A stretch of 63,806 nt of DNA, counting the filler, from Octopus bimaculoides (lineage: Eukaryota), in the NCBI RefSeq assembly GCF_001194135.2. It is 5 parts of 4 records of this genome, joined end to end, with 100 filler letters (N's around TTAATTAATTAA, not from the genome) between each part and the next. Parts side by side here need not be neighbours in the genome. Positions count along the whole stretch, not along the records: positions 1 to 10,275 come from NC_069000.1; positions 10,376 to 30,278 come from NC_068981.1; 3 more parts are not named here. One strand, 5' to 3'. Shown in pieces: positions 1 through 12,735 of this stretch (position 1 is its first letter; every line of letters starts with the position of its first letter). A model generated the notes under the pieces. It did no database searches, was not told the DNA's origin, and saw only the letters and a list, made by a program, of their open reading frames with translations. Both the position numbers and the translations under genes were made by a program.

Positions 1-70
1 ATATATATATATATAAGAAGCTTAAAAACGCCACTATATGATAAATTTTAATTTATAATTTTCTCAGAGA

Positions 71-117
71 TATTTTATTTGTTTCGGTTCTTGAAAAAAC
101 GAACCTTATCAGAAATA
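71..117 (-). ncRNA. Degenerate minimal hammerhead ribozyme in the 3' pLTR of the PLE
   Basis: Minus strand: tattt CTGATAA ggttc-10nt-gaacc GAAAC aaa TA aaata. Stems I and II (5 bp each) are perfect; G8 and stem III are mutated. Confidence 0.6.
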
Positions 118-555
118 CATATTTAAAAAAAAATGTAATTAAAAGAAAAGTTCATAATTGTTTCTTACTGGTGTCAACAGAGTCCACGTCGGAGCGATTT
201 TTGTGTGGGGACAGAATGGCTGTCTTGTGCCTTGACTTGAATCGTTGGCTGTAGTAGTAGTAGTGACCGTGTTGGTAATGGTAAACAGGAGTGAGCGCTG
301 TCCGTGGAAGCAGCAGTAGTTAATTGATTGTAGTAGTAGAGGAGGAAGCAGAAGCAGTAGAAGTGGCAGCAGCAGCAGTAGTAGTGACCGTAATAGCAGC
401 AGTAACAGAGACTGTTGGTCGTAGTAGTGACCGTAATAGCAGTAGTAGCAGGGACCACTGTTTGCAGTAGTAGTAGTTATTGTGGCAGTGGTGGTGGAGT
501 TGTAGGATTCTTTTTTTTTTATCCCTTTTTGGATAACCAATATATGATTTTAATG

Positions 556-2780
556 TTACTGGCCCAGGGTGTTTAAACTTGGCCCGAATTTTCTAATAAA
601 ATGAAGCTCTTTGTTTTGACGTTGGGTGAAAGTTGTGTTGTTATTGAATTGGTAAAGTGGGAAGGTCGTAAACTTTGGATTTTTATTCGGTGTACATCTG
701 TCTATGTGGTCGCTGACAGGTATTTTCCTGTATTCAGGATTCCTAATTTGGGATTTATGTAATGCCATCCTTTTTCGTAGGCTGTTTTTTGTATGGCCTA
801 TATATGGCCTATTGCATCCTGCGCATGTTATCACATAAATTAGGTTTTCTGATGCACAGGTGAAGTTTTTTTCTGATGGTGAAATGATGGCCTTGTTCTA
901 ATGTGTATTCCGAACCTTCTACTAAGATGGTACAAATCCCGCAGTTTGGCCTTCCACACTTTTTGACTGTTGGTTTAGCCTGTGTTAAAATCTTCTTTAA
1001 GGATTTTGGTTGTCGTTTTCTTTTTAAGATGGTGTACGTTTGGAGAATTTGGTTCATCTTTGAGTCTCCCTTGAGTAGGGCTGTGTTTTGGAGTATGGTG
1101 TTGAAGGCCTCGTTGTTAAGTGGGTTGTGTGTAGAGATGTAGGGTAGGGTTTTAAATTTTTCATCCCATTTTGGTTTTGGTTGTCTCAAGACTTCCATAT
1201 TTAATTTAAGTGCTCGTTGGATTGGATTGTTTATTAGGGGTTGTGGATAATTCCTATTTTTGAGTGTAGCTCTGAGTTCTTGGAGACGTGTGTATCGGGT
1301 GTTTGTGTCTGGTACTATGGTGCAAATCCTTTTGGCTAAACAGAAAGGGATGTTCATTCTTGTGTGTCTAGGGTAGCATGAGTCAAATGGTAGGTACTGC
1401 TTTGAGTCTGTCGGTTTATAATAGATATCCGTCTCTATTTTGTTACTGACTTTCTTAATGAGGATATCTAAAAATGGTAGTTTTTCCTGGTTATGTTCCA
1501 TCGTGAATTTGATGTTTTCATTAATTCCATTTAGTATTATTTTAAATTCCTCAAGTTTTTCTATGCTTTCATCCCAGAGGATGAAGCAGTCGTCAAGATA
1601 TCTTTTCCAGTTGTTCTGGATATAGTTGGAGAAAGTGTTTCCATATTTTCGAGTGTTTTCTGGTAAAGAATTATTTCGATGTAGCCCATTACTAGGTTAG
1701 CAAAAGAAGGTGCAGTATGCGTACCCATGGCTGTTCCCGATCTTTGTCTATAGTAATTATTATTAAATATAAAGTAATTGTTTTGTAAGATAAATCTTAG
1801 CCCTTCTATTACAAGCTCTTTATTTATGCAAGTTGGAAGTTCAAAGGAGTAGTTGTTTAGCCAGAAAGTGATCGCTTCTATTCCTAAGGTGTGGGGTATG
1901 TTTGAATAAAGGTTAACTACGTCGAAGGATACTAGTAGGATTTTCTCATTGACTGTTTTTGGGAGGTGGTTAAGCATGTCTATATCGTCTCTTATGTAGC
2001 TTTTGATGTGCTTAAGGAAAGGTTTTAGAAGTGTGTCTAAGAAGTTGCTGAGGCGGTGAGTTTCGCATGCAGGGCCTGCTATTATCGGTCTAAGTTTTAG
2101 ATCTTTCGGTGAGGGGATTTTGATGATTACGTCAGTAGCTTTTTTACATGCTTCACTAATTACTTTGCTTTTGTGGACTTTAGGGATACCGTAGAATAAA
2201 CTTGATTTGCACTTGAAGTTGGTGATGTAGTCGTACTCCTTGTCTGTGAGTCCTTCTCGGTATGAGTTGAGGTTATTCATTATTTTTGGTTGATTATAAT
2301 GTTGGGCTCTTTCGTAGTATGTCTCATCTCCTAATAGGGATAGTACTTAATTTTTATAATCATTTGTGTTCATTAGAACTACCGTGTTGCCCTTACCTGC
2401 CTCCTTGATCGTTATGGTTTTACCTTCTCTTAGTTTGATGAGGTCGTTCCATTCTCTTTTGTTGAAGTTTGGTCTGTATTTTTGCCTGTTTGCGAGTTGA
2501 AAAGGGAAATTGGTTATGTGGTCACAAAAGCGGTCTAAGGCTTTTTTCCCCCTTGGTGGGGGCGTAGTCGCTGTTGTTTCTAGCTATAGATTCGTCATCC
2601 ATGTGTTTGCCATGAAATTCCTCGGCAAGTCTCAATTTTCTACAAAATTCCAAAATATCGTCTTTCATTTCATAGTAATTTGGATGTTGTGGGGTTGGAG
2701 TAAATTTAAGTCCTTTGGTTAGTATGCTTATTTCGTTAGGCATAAGGTCTTTATTTGAAAGATTGATTATTTTAATTGCC
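556..2780 (-). pseudogene. PLE reverse transcriptase + GIY-YIG endonuclease ORF with frameshifts and stops
   Basis: ORF-track pieces 2522-2836, 1561-2280, 809-1501 and 556-834 join into one RT-thumb-EN protein; internal TAA and at least three frameshifts. Confidence 0.9.
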
Positions 2781-2819
2781 TGTGATATATATATATATAT
2801 ATATACATATACACAACAA

Positions 2820-2960
2820 GCTTCTTTCATGCCCATCTACCAAATCCACCCACAAAGTTTTAATTGGTTTCCAGGCCATAGCAGAAGACCATGGTGCCAA
2901 ACATAAGAACTGAACCTGGAACCATGAGAAGTTAACTTCTTACTACATAGCCACACTTGC
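2820..2960 (-). mobile_element. SINE family A, degenerate 5' fragment
   Basis: Reverse complement resembles the head and CORE-like part of the copies at 19677, 23991 and 51273. Confidence 0.7.
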
Positions 2961-3241
2961 TTATATCTATATGTGTATTGAATGGGTATGCATATGTGAG
3001 TTGTATATATGTATAAATAACAAACAGCAAAAATTTAAAGAATGCTGCCTGTTAGTTTGTTATTCCTCAGAGTCAATTTTTTCTCCCCGTTCTAAGTAAG
3101 AGAGGTAGTGAGAGGAAACCAGAAGCAATGAAAAGTTGAAGGAATGGATGACAGAAAAGGAGGCAGATATACAGAAAAATTTGACAAGTGTTTGTCATGC
3201 CAGCACAGAATGGCTTGTTTTTATTATCACCATGTGTGTGC

Positions 3242-3243
<2 letters not shown>

Positions 3244-3330
<87 letters not shown>
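3244..3330. repeat. (GA)n microsatellite
   Basis: Directly visible. Confidence 0.98.
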
Positions 3331-3334
<4 letters not shown>

Positions 3335-4159
3335 TGGAAGCATTTGACAAATATATCATCTCTGACTTATCTAGAAAGAGGCTTATGAATGAAAACTTAT
3401 ACACAAAACAAATCATCCACACCATATCACACACATACACTCTTATCATCTTATCACAACCTGCCTCTGGCAATTAATACTACTTCTACTGCAGTTGTCA
3501 CTACCTGTCAGCTGATCACATCACCATTACTTTAATTACTTACATAGAAACAGGGATTTCAGTTTTATAGGAGGAGTGGGGAGAAAAAGGGTTTTGTTCA
3601 TGAGACCTTCATGCTTTGCCAAGCAGTAATTTGCAATGTAAGTGAAGTGAAATGGTTAAAACCAAAATACAAAATCAGCTCACTGGCCCAGTTTACTTTG
3701 TTGTAGAGCAAAAGAATGTGTCAGGAGAAAAGGAGAAAACAAGGCAGAAAATAAAAGAATATTAGAAGATATATGTAAATTTAAAACTGGTTTGTGGTTT
3801 TATACATTATATCGCCATAGCTGAGTGATCCTTTAAAGTTATTTTTTCCTCAAACAGGAAGGATAATTGACTGTTTATAAATTACTATAGTGTCATGTAG
3901 TTGTGTGTATTGCTGGGCAAACACTATGGTGTAGTCTACTTTTGCCATTGTATAAGGAGCACAAATTTTTAACATTAGCAGTAAAACAATGCACAACTAA
4001 TGGGAAAATGGTAAGAAAGAAGGGAGACAAACCTGTGAATACACAAGATGGAGACATAGCTGGACAGACACACAATCAACCTTATACAATCTTCTTGGAC
4101 CCTTATGGCTTAAACTATTATTTTTATTACTGCTACTATTTATGTTAGTGATGCTTTGT

Positions 4160-4470
4160 TTTTTTGTACAAGCTGTTCCAGGTTTCACCCATATGTGAAG
4201 GAGGTCAGAATCTGTTTAATTTATAATATTTCAGTTTTCATAGAGTTTTAAGAGAAGTTCACAATGTTTTGTCTTAAGATGTGGGCAGTACCTATGAGAA
4301 CAATTTTCTGTAGTCCTGATACATTGTGGTTTCCTAGTATTTGGCCATAGTGTTCAAGAGTGTTATTTTGTATTGTTCCCAAGGCTTCGATGATTACATG
4401 TACAGCTGTTGTTCTTAGATACTACATTTTTGAAACTTTTATATCAAGATTTACTTATTTTTTCAAATAA
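4160..4470 (-). mobile_element. R4/Dong-type LINE 3' end, decayed (subfamily a-like)
   Basis: Minus strand encodes GQILGNHNVSGLQKIVLIGTAHILR, matching the C-termini at 31501-31600 and 60440-60530. Confidence 0.7.
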
Positions 4471-4813
4471 TTTTACAGAAACATTGCAGTCCACTAGAAT
4501 TGAAAAATCTATGAGCAGACATGTTTTGTCAAAATGATTTTTTTACCACAATATCTGGTTTATTGGCACAATCAGTTTATCATCATCATCATCATCATCA
4601 TCATTATCATTATTATTAGATAGTATACATTCAGAAATGATACAATGCTGAAATGTCTTCAAATCTCCCAGGTGATGGGGTGCAATCAAAATTAATATAT
4701 GTACTGAGAAGAGTTGCGCAGAAGTAAGTTGATTTATTTGTTTAGATTCCCCCTATATAAATATCTGTAATTTTGTGACATTGTAAAGAAATTGCCAAAA
4801 AAAGTCAATGTCA

Positions 4814-4843
4814 TCTATCGATATATATATATATAAATGAGAA

Positions 4844-4881
<38 letters not shown>

Positions 4882-5137
4882 TGCGTGCTTCCCTAAAACT
4901 CGAGAACTACACAACCAATTTCATTCAAATTTTACACATGCCTTACTTAGGGTCCCGGTTTTAACTTCTTGCATAGTTTGAGCCCACAGCAACATCATAT
5001 CTCCTCCACTATTTAAGTATTACGTGTCAAAAGTGAAACAAAAACACTCATGTCAAATACTTTCACTTTAAAAATGAAACTATTCCACTAACTGAAACAA
5101 TCACATTTCGGTACTGTAATGACAGATACTTTCACTT
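4814..5137 (+). mobile_element. Probable non-autonomous Helitron-like element, 5' part
   Basis: Begins TC, then (TA)n-AATGAG-(GT)n and aactacacaaccaatttcattcaaattttacac, the layout typical of microsatellite-bearing Helitron/HINE 5' ends; runs into an N gap. Confidence 0.5.
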
Positions 5138-5644
5138 NNNNNNNNNNNNNNNNNNNNNNNNNNNNNNNNNNNNNNNNNNNNNNNNNNNNNNNNNNNNNNN
5201 NNNNNNNNNNNNNNNNNNNNNNNNNNNNNNNNNNNNNNNNNNNNNNNNNNNNNNNNNNNNNNNNNNNNNNNNNNNNNNNNNNNNNNNNNNNNNNNNNNNN
5301 NNNNNNNNNNNNNNNNNNNNNNNNNNNNNNNNNNNNNNNNNNNNNNNNNNNNNNNNNNNNNNNNNNNNNNNNNNNNNNNNNNNNNNNNNNNNNNNNNNNN
5401 NNNNNNNNNNNNNNNNNNNNNNNNNNNNNNNNNNNNNNNNNNNNNNNNNNNNNNNNNNNNNNNNNNNNNNNNNNNNNNNNNNNNNNNNNNNNNNNNNNNN
5501 NNNNNNNNNNNNNNNNNNNNNNNNNNNNNNNNNNNNNNNNNNNNNNNNNNNNNNNNNNNNNNNNNNNNNNNNNNNNNNNNNNNNNNNNNNNNNNNNNNNN
5601 NNNNNNNNNNNNNNNNNNNNNNNNNNNNNNNNNNNNNNNNNNNN

Positions 5645-5686
<42 letters not shown>

Positions 5687-5688
5687 CG

Positions 5689-5721
<33 letters not shown>

Positions 5722-5775
5722 ATGGTGGTGGTGGTGGTGGTGGTGGTGGTGGTGGTATTGGTGGTAGTAGTAGTC
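5645..5775. repeat. Compound (AAT)n-(GTA)n-(GGT)n microsatellite
   Basis: Directly visible. Confidence 0.95.
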
Positions 5776-6269
5776 CTTACTAAAAGCCATTGTTAAAGAT
5801 ATTGAATATCACTAGCATCTGATTTAAATGTGTAACCAAGAGCAACAGAGTAATGGAAAGAAAATGTCTTTTTACTACATCAGTAGACCTGAAGCAAATG
5901 AGAGAAAGAGGAATGAAAAAAAGAGACAGATGGCTGAAACAATGATACTAAAATGCTTTATAAGTATTTGATTACAAATCAGAGACGGATAGAGATAGTA
6001 TGAAAAATTTACAACAAAGGTTGCAAAACTACACACACACAAAGTTTGTATATAACATATGTATGTGTACTACATACAATACTAGATGCAGCATTATTAT
6101 TAGCAGAACAACTAGCATGTTGTTACCCTGTCAACTAAGTAGAAAAGGTTGTCAATAGGATAAGTTGGAAAAAAAAATATGAATTATACATACATACATA
6201 GACATACCTATATACATACGGAGGACAACAACAATGATCACTAACTGCAGCTATTATTAATATTACAAT

Positions 6270-6483
6270 TAAGGTGGTGGGCTGTCAGAGTTGTTAGCTC
6301 GCTGGCCAAAAGGCTTAGTGGCATTTCACCTGTCTTTACATTCCGAGTTGAAATCTGCAGCGATCAATTTTGCTTTTCATCCTTTTGCAATCGATGAAAC
6401 AAGTATTGGTCAAGTACTGGTGTCAATGTAATCGACTAGCTCCCTCTCACCAAATTTCAGGCATTGTGCCTATAATAGAGAAG

Positions 6484-6552
<69 letters not shown>

Positions 6553-6765
6553 GGTGGCAAGCTGGCAGAATCTTTAACACGCTGGGCAAAATGCTTAGTG
6601 GTATTTCGTCCGTCTTTACGTTCTGAGTTCAAATTCTGCTGAGGCTGACTTTGCCACTCATACTTTCAGGGTCGGTAAATTAAGTACCAGTGAAGCACTG
6701 GGGGGTCAATGTAATCAGCTGTCCCCTTACCCAAATTTCAGGCCTTGTGCCTATAATAAAAAGGA
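6270..6765 (+). mobile_element. Two tandem SINE family B copies separated by (ATT)n (6486-6552)
   Basis: Both show tggcaga..ttagc, a gagttcaaat B-box-like motif, tttcatcctttcggggtcgat and the ggccttgtgcctata tail. Confidence 0.85.
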
Positions 6766-7169
6766 TCATCATCATCATCAATTTCTTCTGACATGTTTAC
6801 ATCAGCTCTGAAGGTTTGTCAAATTTTGTTTGGAAAAAGTTATTGATGGAAACTGCTTCAATAAGGAGGTAGCAAAAGGGCCCCCACACTGCTACCAGTT
6901 TCATTACAGAGTGGGGCTGGGAATAACAACAACAACAACATCAATAACAATGCTAGTGAAGACTATGCTGCTGAAAATCTGCAATTTATGATGAAGTCAG
7001 GTGATGCAGTGGTGTCATCTGCTACTGCTGACAAAAATTTTGTCATCCTGCATACTCTGTGCTTTTTAATGCTTGTTATTAATACAAAACAATTTCTCAG
7101 AACATTCACTGTAGTCTAAGGTATTCTAAGCAATACATCCAATTTAGGTTGGTATATATACATATATAT

Positions 7170-10130
7170 ATAAAGGTTATGAAGGGTATTGGAGTCAACC
7201 AAACCCTAAAGATACAGGTAATACCGAGTAAGTGCTGTATACCGACTAGTTTTGCCCCTGACGTGGTTGCAACGTGAGTGGGGAATATAACATGGGTGTC
7301 TATTAGCGTGTATATATATATAAAAAAAGAATAAGATAAAGAGACCAATGGCAAAGGTAGAATTATATTTTATGTATAAAGTCTTACAGCTGTTTCAGGG
7401 AAAATCCAATGTATCCCTTCATCGGAGACCCTTCATAACCTTTATCATTTGCTATTATTAGCACTTATAACAGGCAACACTTCAATAATGGATAAAGAAT
7501 TCCTTGGCTTCTCCCTTAAAGACACTCCTATTCCTTCACAAAAAACTTTCTCTATACTCCTTCTTGCTAAAACTAGGGACCTCATCCGACGAATGAGATG
7601 GAAGGCTTTCTTCCACGATAACCAAAAATATAGGAATGACTTAAGCAACAACAACTTCAACCTCACATTATATAAGAATCCTCCACACATCTCGAAAAAT
7701 TCGAAGCGGATATGATAGATTTAATCAAAAATATTAAATTCTCAAAATTCAGATCTCCCTTTCAAAAAAAGACTATCGCATATTATAAAACGGATTACTA
7801 CTTCCCCCAAATTACACATATTTTCTGATAAAACAGGAAATATGTATCCCATTACCATAGAGGAGTACATTAAATTCATTACAAACGAGCTCAACAGATC
7901 CTACAAGCTAGCATCAACATCTACTTTAAATGACATCAACACCATCCACTGCAAACTCATGAGGAAACTACACGTGGACGACAGAACGGAACCATACTGC
8001 CCATCACCTCCACACTTCAACCTCAAAAATCATAAGGATTTTATCACCAAACCTTCAATACGCTTAATATGCCTACCAAATCCGACCTCGGAAGGGTCAG
8101 CAAAAATATTCTGGACAAAATTATTCCTGTTGTCAAAGAAAAATTAAATGCAAATCTATGGGACCATACTGGGGAGGTCATTACATGATTTCACACCTTA
8201 GATAACAAAAACTCTTTTTCATTCCTTCAATTTGACATAAACAACTACTACTCCTCTATCTCTCTTAAACTTCTAAATGAGGTTATTCTTTTCGCTAGGA
8301 ATTTTACTAACATAACCCCACTAGAAATCAACATGATACTTAATGCACGCAAAACACTTATATCCTTTGAAAACAAACTCTGGTGCCGAGCTAACCAACA
8401 TAATGATAACTGTAACAACTTATTCGATGTAACCATGGGATCATCCGATTCCGCTCAGGCCACTGATTTAGTTGGGTTATATATACTTCACCAACTGCGC
8501 TCACATTTCCCTAATATCCGAAGAGGTCTATATAGGGACGACGCCTTACTACTTACCAAGTCCATTAATAAATCTTCTCTGGAAAGGACTAGAAAAGATC
8601 TACACAAATTCTTCTCTAATCTAAATCTATCCATCACATTTGAAAACGCATATAAAACTGCTAACTTTCTAGACGTTACTCTAAACTTGTCAAACTCACA
8701 ATATTCCCCCTATCATAAACTTAACCAATACCTGAAATACCTCAGCGTACACTCTAATCACCACAAATCTAATTTCGATAACATAGTCATTGGTATTTCA
8801 ACCCGCATATCTGATCTATCCTCTTCAGAGGAAATCTTCAACAATCACGCTCCATACTACAATCAAGCTCTCGCCGCTAGTGGTTTCTCCCAACAAATAA
8901 AATACATCCATAACACCAGACTTAAACAATTTATATCCCAAATCACATCCCAAAGACATACCAATCATCACAACCGCAACCAACCACCCACATTTTCCAA
9001 CAGACCCCAACAAACACACTTATAACACTAGGGATAAATCCAAGATAAATAAAGCAATGAGCAACACCAAAAATGTGGATAACTCCTCTCCACCTAAATA
9101 ATTAGATTACAATGTACACAGAACNNNNNNNNNNNNNNNNNNNNNNNNNNNNNNNNNNNNNNNNNNNNNNNNNNNNNNNNNNNNNNNNNNNNNNNNNNNN
9201 NNNNNNNNNNNNNNNNNNNNNNNNNNNNNNNNNNNNNNNNNNNNNNNNNNNNNNNNNNNNNNNNNNNNNNNNNNNNNNNNNNNNNNNNNNNNNNNNNNNN
9301 NNNNNNNNNNNNNNNNNNNNNNNNNNNNNNNNNNNNNNNNNNNNNNNNNNNNNNNNNNNNNNNNNNNNNNNNNNNNNGCTCTATACTGTGGTACGCCCCC
9401 CCCCCATTCTCACTTAACACTAAGAACTTAGCTAAATCTTTCTTCAAAATACTTGACTCTAACTTCCCCCGACAACATAAATACCATTCTATGTTTAACA
9501 GATCCACTTTGAAATTGTCTTATTCAATCACGCCTAGCTTCAAATCTATTATAGCAACTTCTAATAAACATAAACTCTCACTCTATTATTAAAACTCACA
9601 CAACTATAACTATGGTAATACTAGCACTCAGCGCACGCATATACCTAACATAGACATTCATATACGTACACTGACACTCGTACACTTGAACACGACTATA
9701 ATAGATCCCAGCCCACTAATATACCCAGAAATAATACTACTATATCCTATAATAATAACAATAGAGGGAATAATAACTACAACAGTTATGATTTCATTGA
9801 TCTAGATTCTTCTACATCCTCATATAACATATCCTCCAACAATATTGCCTCATCCACCACAGAACCCAACTTCCAAGTTTCATCTACTTGTAACTGTTGC
9901 TCCGGGACAATCTGCCTGCTGCAAACGCATTGCGTAAGATATAACGTAATATATAAATGCACTGTAACCAAACTGCTACATAACTCTACAGCTGCATACA
10001 TAGGTTCAACTAAAAATTTCAAGCAACGCTATGCAGCCCACCTTCACTCTTTTAGATATGACAAACACAGCAAATCTACAACACTAGCCAACCACATTCA
10101 CCACCTCAAAAACACAAATATATATATATA
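7170..10130 (+). mobile_element. Penelope-like element, Naiad type, decayed, with inverted pLTR-like segment upstream
   Basis: FSLKDTPIPS..LIRRMRWKAFF, FEADMIDLIKNIKF, SDKTGNMY, FDVTMGS, GLYRDD, FLDVTLNL, PPFSLN..LKLSYS, then CNC..CLL..C..NVIYKC..YIGST..FKQRY..H (9889-10110). Frameshifts and a nonsense TGA at 8186-8188. Confidence 0.9.
7381..7429 (-). ncRNA. Minimal type-I hammerhead ribozyme (CCGAUGA core), antisense to the downstream PLE ORF
   Basis: Minus strand: gtct CCGATGA aggg-14nt-ccct GAAAC agct GTA agac. Stems I and II pair; palindromic CAGCTG in stem III. Confidence 0.75.
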
Positions 10131-10319
10131 CGATAAATTTAAATATGGAAGAAATCTAGAAATACGGTATTGATCTCCAAATTTTGATTTTTTGTTTGAT
10201 TTGTTTGTTTGTTCTAAAAGATTATTCCCTGAAGAAGTGTATGGCAAATTATATGTTTGACTTAAACTTGACGGTNNNNNNNNNNNNNNNNNNNNNNNNN
10301 NNNNNNNNNNNNNNNNNNN

Positions 10320-10331
10320 TTAATTAATTAA
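10320..10331. other. Assembly linker TTAATTAATTAA inside an N gap (also at 30323-30334, 49071-49082, 61314-61325)
   Basis: The same 12-mer, with stops in all six frames, occurs four times, always enclosed by N runs. Confidence 0.9.
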
Positions 10332-10375
10332 NNNNNNNNNNNNNNNNNNNNNNNNNNNNNNNNNNNNNNNNNNNN

Positions 10376-10437
<62 letters not shown>

Positions 10438-11235
10438 TCTCGCTCTCCCTCTCTCCCTCCCTCTATACGATGTAAAGCGCGACTGAAGGTATCACCAAAC
10501 CGACCAACCAACCAACCAACATTTATATCATCCATTACTATAATATTCTTGTCCAGAAATCTCTGGCGGAAGGTTTTCTGAAGAACACATAATCGTGTTT
10601 GTGGTGAGTTTATAACCTCTGTTGTTTTACCTATCACCGAAGCCAGCATATATAGATTTGGCGGTAAAAACCTAGAATAATAATGGTCTTTGGGGGTTGA
10701 GTAAAACTAGATTGATTTCCAAAATGCCTTATTTATTTGTTTGGTGATAATTGTTGAATCATTATCAACTTCTTCCTGTCGTTTCACACTGCTATATTGA
10801 TTTGTGTTGTGTTAAGTATCATAAATTTATGGCTTGGCATGAATACAAATAGATATTTCGTTTTCCTTCGTGTATGGTCGAGTTAGGAAAAGTGAAGTTA
10901 TCATTAAAATCACAAGAGATTTCTATAGCAGAGTTTAATCTTCAAGTATTCTGGATTTACCATTCCCAGACAAAAGAGTCATTGAAACTGCTCGAACAGT
11001 CTAGTTTACTGGATCTTCATGACTCCAGCTAAGATAAAACCTTTTACAATAATGAACAATTTGTAATTTTTATTAAATGTTTATCCTCCTGCTATTCTAC
11101 TCCCAGCTGAGGTAACATTTAATTGTGGACTATAAACAACATCTTGCCACTAATAATAGGCTTATATCAACTGCATTACTACACCGAACAACTAATGATA
11201 GGTAGATATAACTGTTTCAATATATGTTATTACAA

Positions 11236-11452
11236 AGGCTGTGAGCTGGCGGAAACGTTACCAGGCCGGGTGAAATGCTTGGCGGTATTTCGTCAGTCTT
11301 TACGTTCTCAGTTCAAATTCCGCCGAGGTTGACTTTACCTTTCATCCTTTCGGGGTCGATAAATTAAGTACCAGTTACGAACTGGAGTCGATATAGTCGA
11401 CAGGCCCTCTCCTCCAAAATTTCGGGCGTTGTGCCTAGAGTAGAAAAGGATA
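11236..11452 (+). mobile_element. SINE family B
   Basis: Head, B box (ctcagttcaaattcc), tttcatcctttcggggtcgataaattaagtacc core and tail all present. Confidence 0.88.
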
Positions 11453-11889
11453 TACATTATAACAAATTATATCATTCACCCGCGGTAGTGAGTGAATATA
11501 GTCTCCAGGTCAACTTTTAGTTGCTCGCCAACACTTCTGGGCTTCATTACTGATTCAGTTCTCTACCAATTTAAATGCAGTTCTTTTAGCAATGATGGTC
11601 CAGTCCTAAGATACATTTTGAGATAAAATTATTGAAATTTGGTTTATTAAAAACAAATTTAGGTCACAATATGTGAGGTCAAAAATGGGAGAGTAAGGCG
11701 AAAAGTTAACTTTGAATCAAATATAAATCAAATGGGTTTAAAAGAATATGTTGATCGGGAAGCATCTGTTGGTGAAAACTACGAACATGTCGTGTGGTTT
11801 TAAGTGATGAAAAAATTGGTAACTAACCTTAAAAATTGATTTTGAATCAAAATATCTCAGCTATTGTAAAAGAAATCTCTACAATAGAC

Positions 11890-12440
11890 GCAGGTGTGTC
11901 TGTGTGGTAAGAGGCTTGCTTCCCAACCACATGGTTCCGAGTACAGTCCCACTGCGTGGCACCTTTAGCAAGTGTCTTCTACTATAGCCTCGGGTTGGCC
12001 ACAGCCCTCTTTTTCATTCTCTCTCTGTGTTTATTTCCTCTTCATCCTTTCTGTCGAAGAGCTTAGACTCAAAACGTAAAACACTTTTTCATTTTTCCCG
12101 ACCGTCAAACTAATACACTTGCTTGTCGTTCCTACACCTGTCTTCGTCTTTTGTTTTTCTATAAATTGCAACTGTATATATATATATATGTATGTATATA
12201 TATATATATATGCGTGTGTGACTTTATGTCTGTGTTTGTAACTCCACCATTGCTTGACAACCAATGTTGGTGTGTTTATGTCCCCCGTAATCTAGCGGTT
12301 CGGTAAAAGAGACCGATAGAATAAGTACTAGGCTTACAAAGAATAAGTCCTGGGGTCGATTTCTTCGACTAAAACCCTTTAAGGCGGTGTCCAGCATAGC
12401 TGCAGTCATATGACTGAAACTGTAAAAGAGTAAAAGAATG
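11890..12440 (+). mobile_element. SINE family A with an internal HHR mini-element insertion
   Basis: tRNA-like head and CORE-like ggcacc..gcaagtgtcttctactatagcc; 3' part ending ggcggtgtccagcatagctgcagtc..gtaaaagag. Confidence 0.85.
12010..12185 (+). mobile_element. About 170 bp non-coding element carrying a hammerhead-like motif (12047-12082)
   Basis: Homologous over its length to the reverse complement of 24258-24410; cttt CTGTCGA agagc ttag actc AAAAC GTA aaac; ends in (TA)n. Confidence 0.75.
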
Positions 12441-12649
12441 ATTGAATAAAAGTATAAAAGAATATAGTTACGTCCGAATGAAAGAGCTCTTTGAGATGAA
12501 TCTTATGGTGAAGACCTCAATAAAAAATGTTAGGTACAAAAAAAGTGGTGTGTCTTTAAGTGATGAAAAAAGGTGACCATTTTAACAAATTAAAATATTT
12601 TTGTCATTTTAAGTTGTTTAGCATTTTAAAAGATAGCATCTGATGTTAT

Positions 12650-12735
12650 GAGTGGCTTAGCTTAATGGTAGAGAGCGCTTAAGCGGAGTTTGAGAGGAAC
12701 GGGTTTCGATACTCTGTAGCGGCTTGCTGACCACC
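12650..12735 (+). pseudogene. tRNA-derived sequence (SINE head or tRNA pseudogene)
   Basis: A-box-like TAGCTTAATGG and B-box-like GGTTTCGATACT at tRNA spacing; no clean cloverleaf by eye. Confidence 0.5.

Larger units (their letters stand above)
15..2780 (-). mobile_element. Penelope-like element (Penelope/Poseidon type), decayed, with 3' pLTR region
   Basis: Collinear minus-strand pieces: IINLSNKDL..EISILTKGLKFTPTP, IKEAGKG..VVLM, FYGIPKVHK, LRPIIAG, SFDVVNLYSNIP, GTAMG, YLDD (about 1590-1601), DIYYKPTDSKQYL, CGRPNCGIC, then GIY-YIG (YIGHTKNSLRKRMALHKSQIR). (TA)n at both ends. Confidence 0.92.

Noticed and set aside
8186-8188. In-frame TGA in a Naiad-type ORF as possible selenocysteine (some Naiads encode selenoproteins)
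   Set aside because: It falls at the conserved Trp of the VIxWF motif, so a TGG-to-TGA mutation is simpler. Cys codons in the three Naiad EN regions are TGY, and no SECIS-like fold was seen in 44234-44588.
10415-10650. GKTTEVI..IIVMDD as Walker A and B motifs of a viral or Polinton ATPase
   Set aside because: No GxxGxGK loop, the ORF runs into microsatellite and N, and there is no supporting neighbouring gene.
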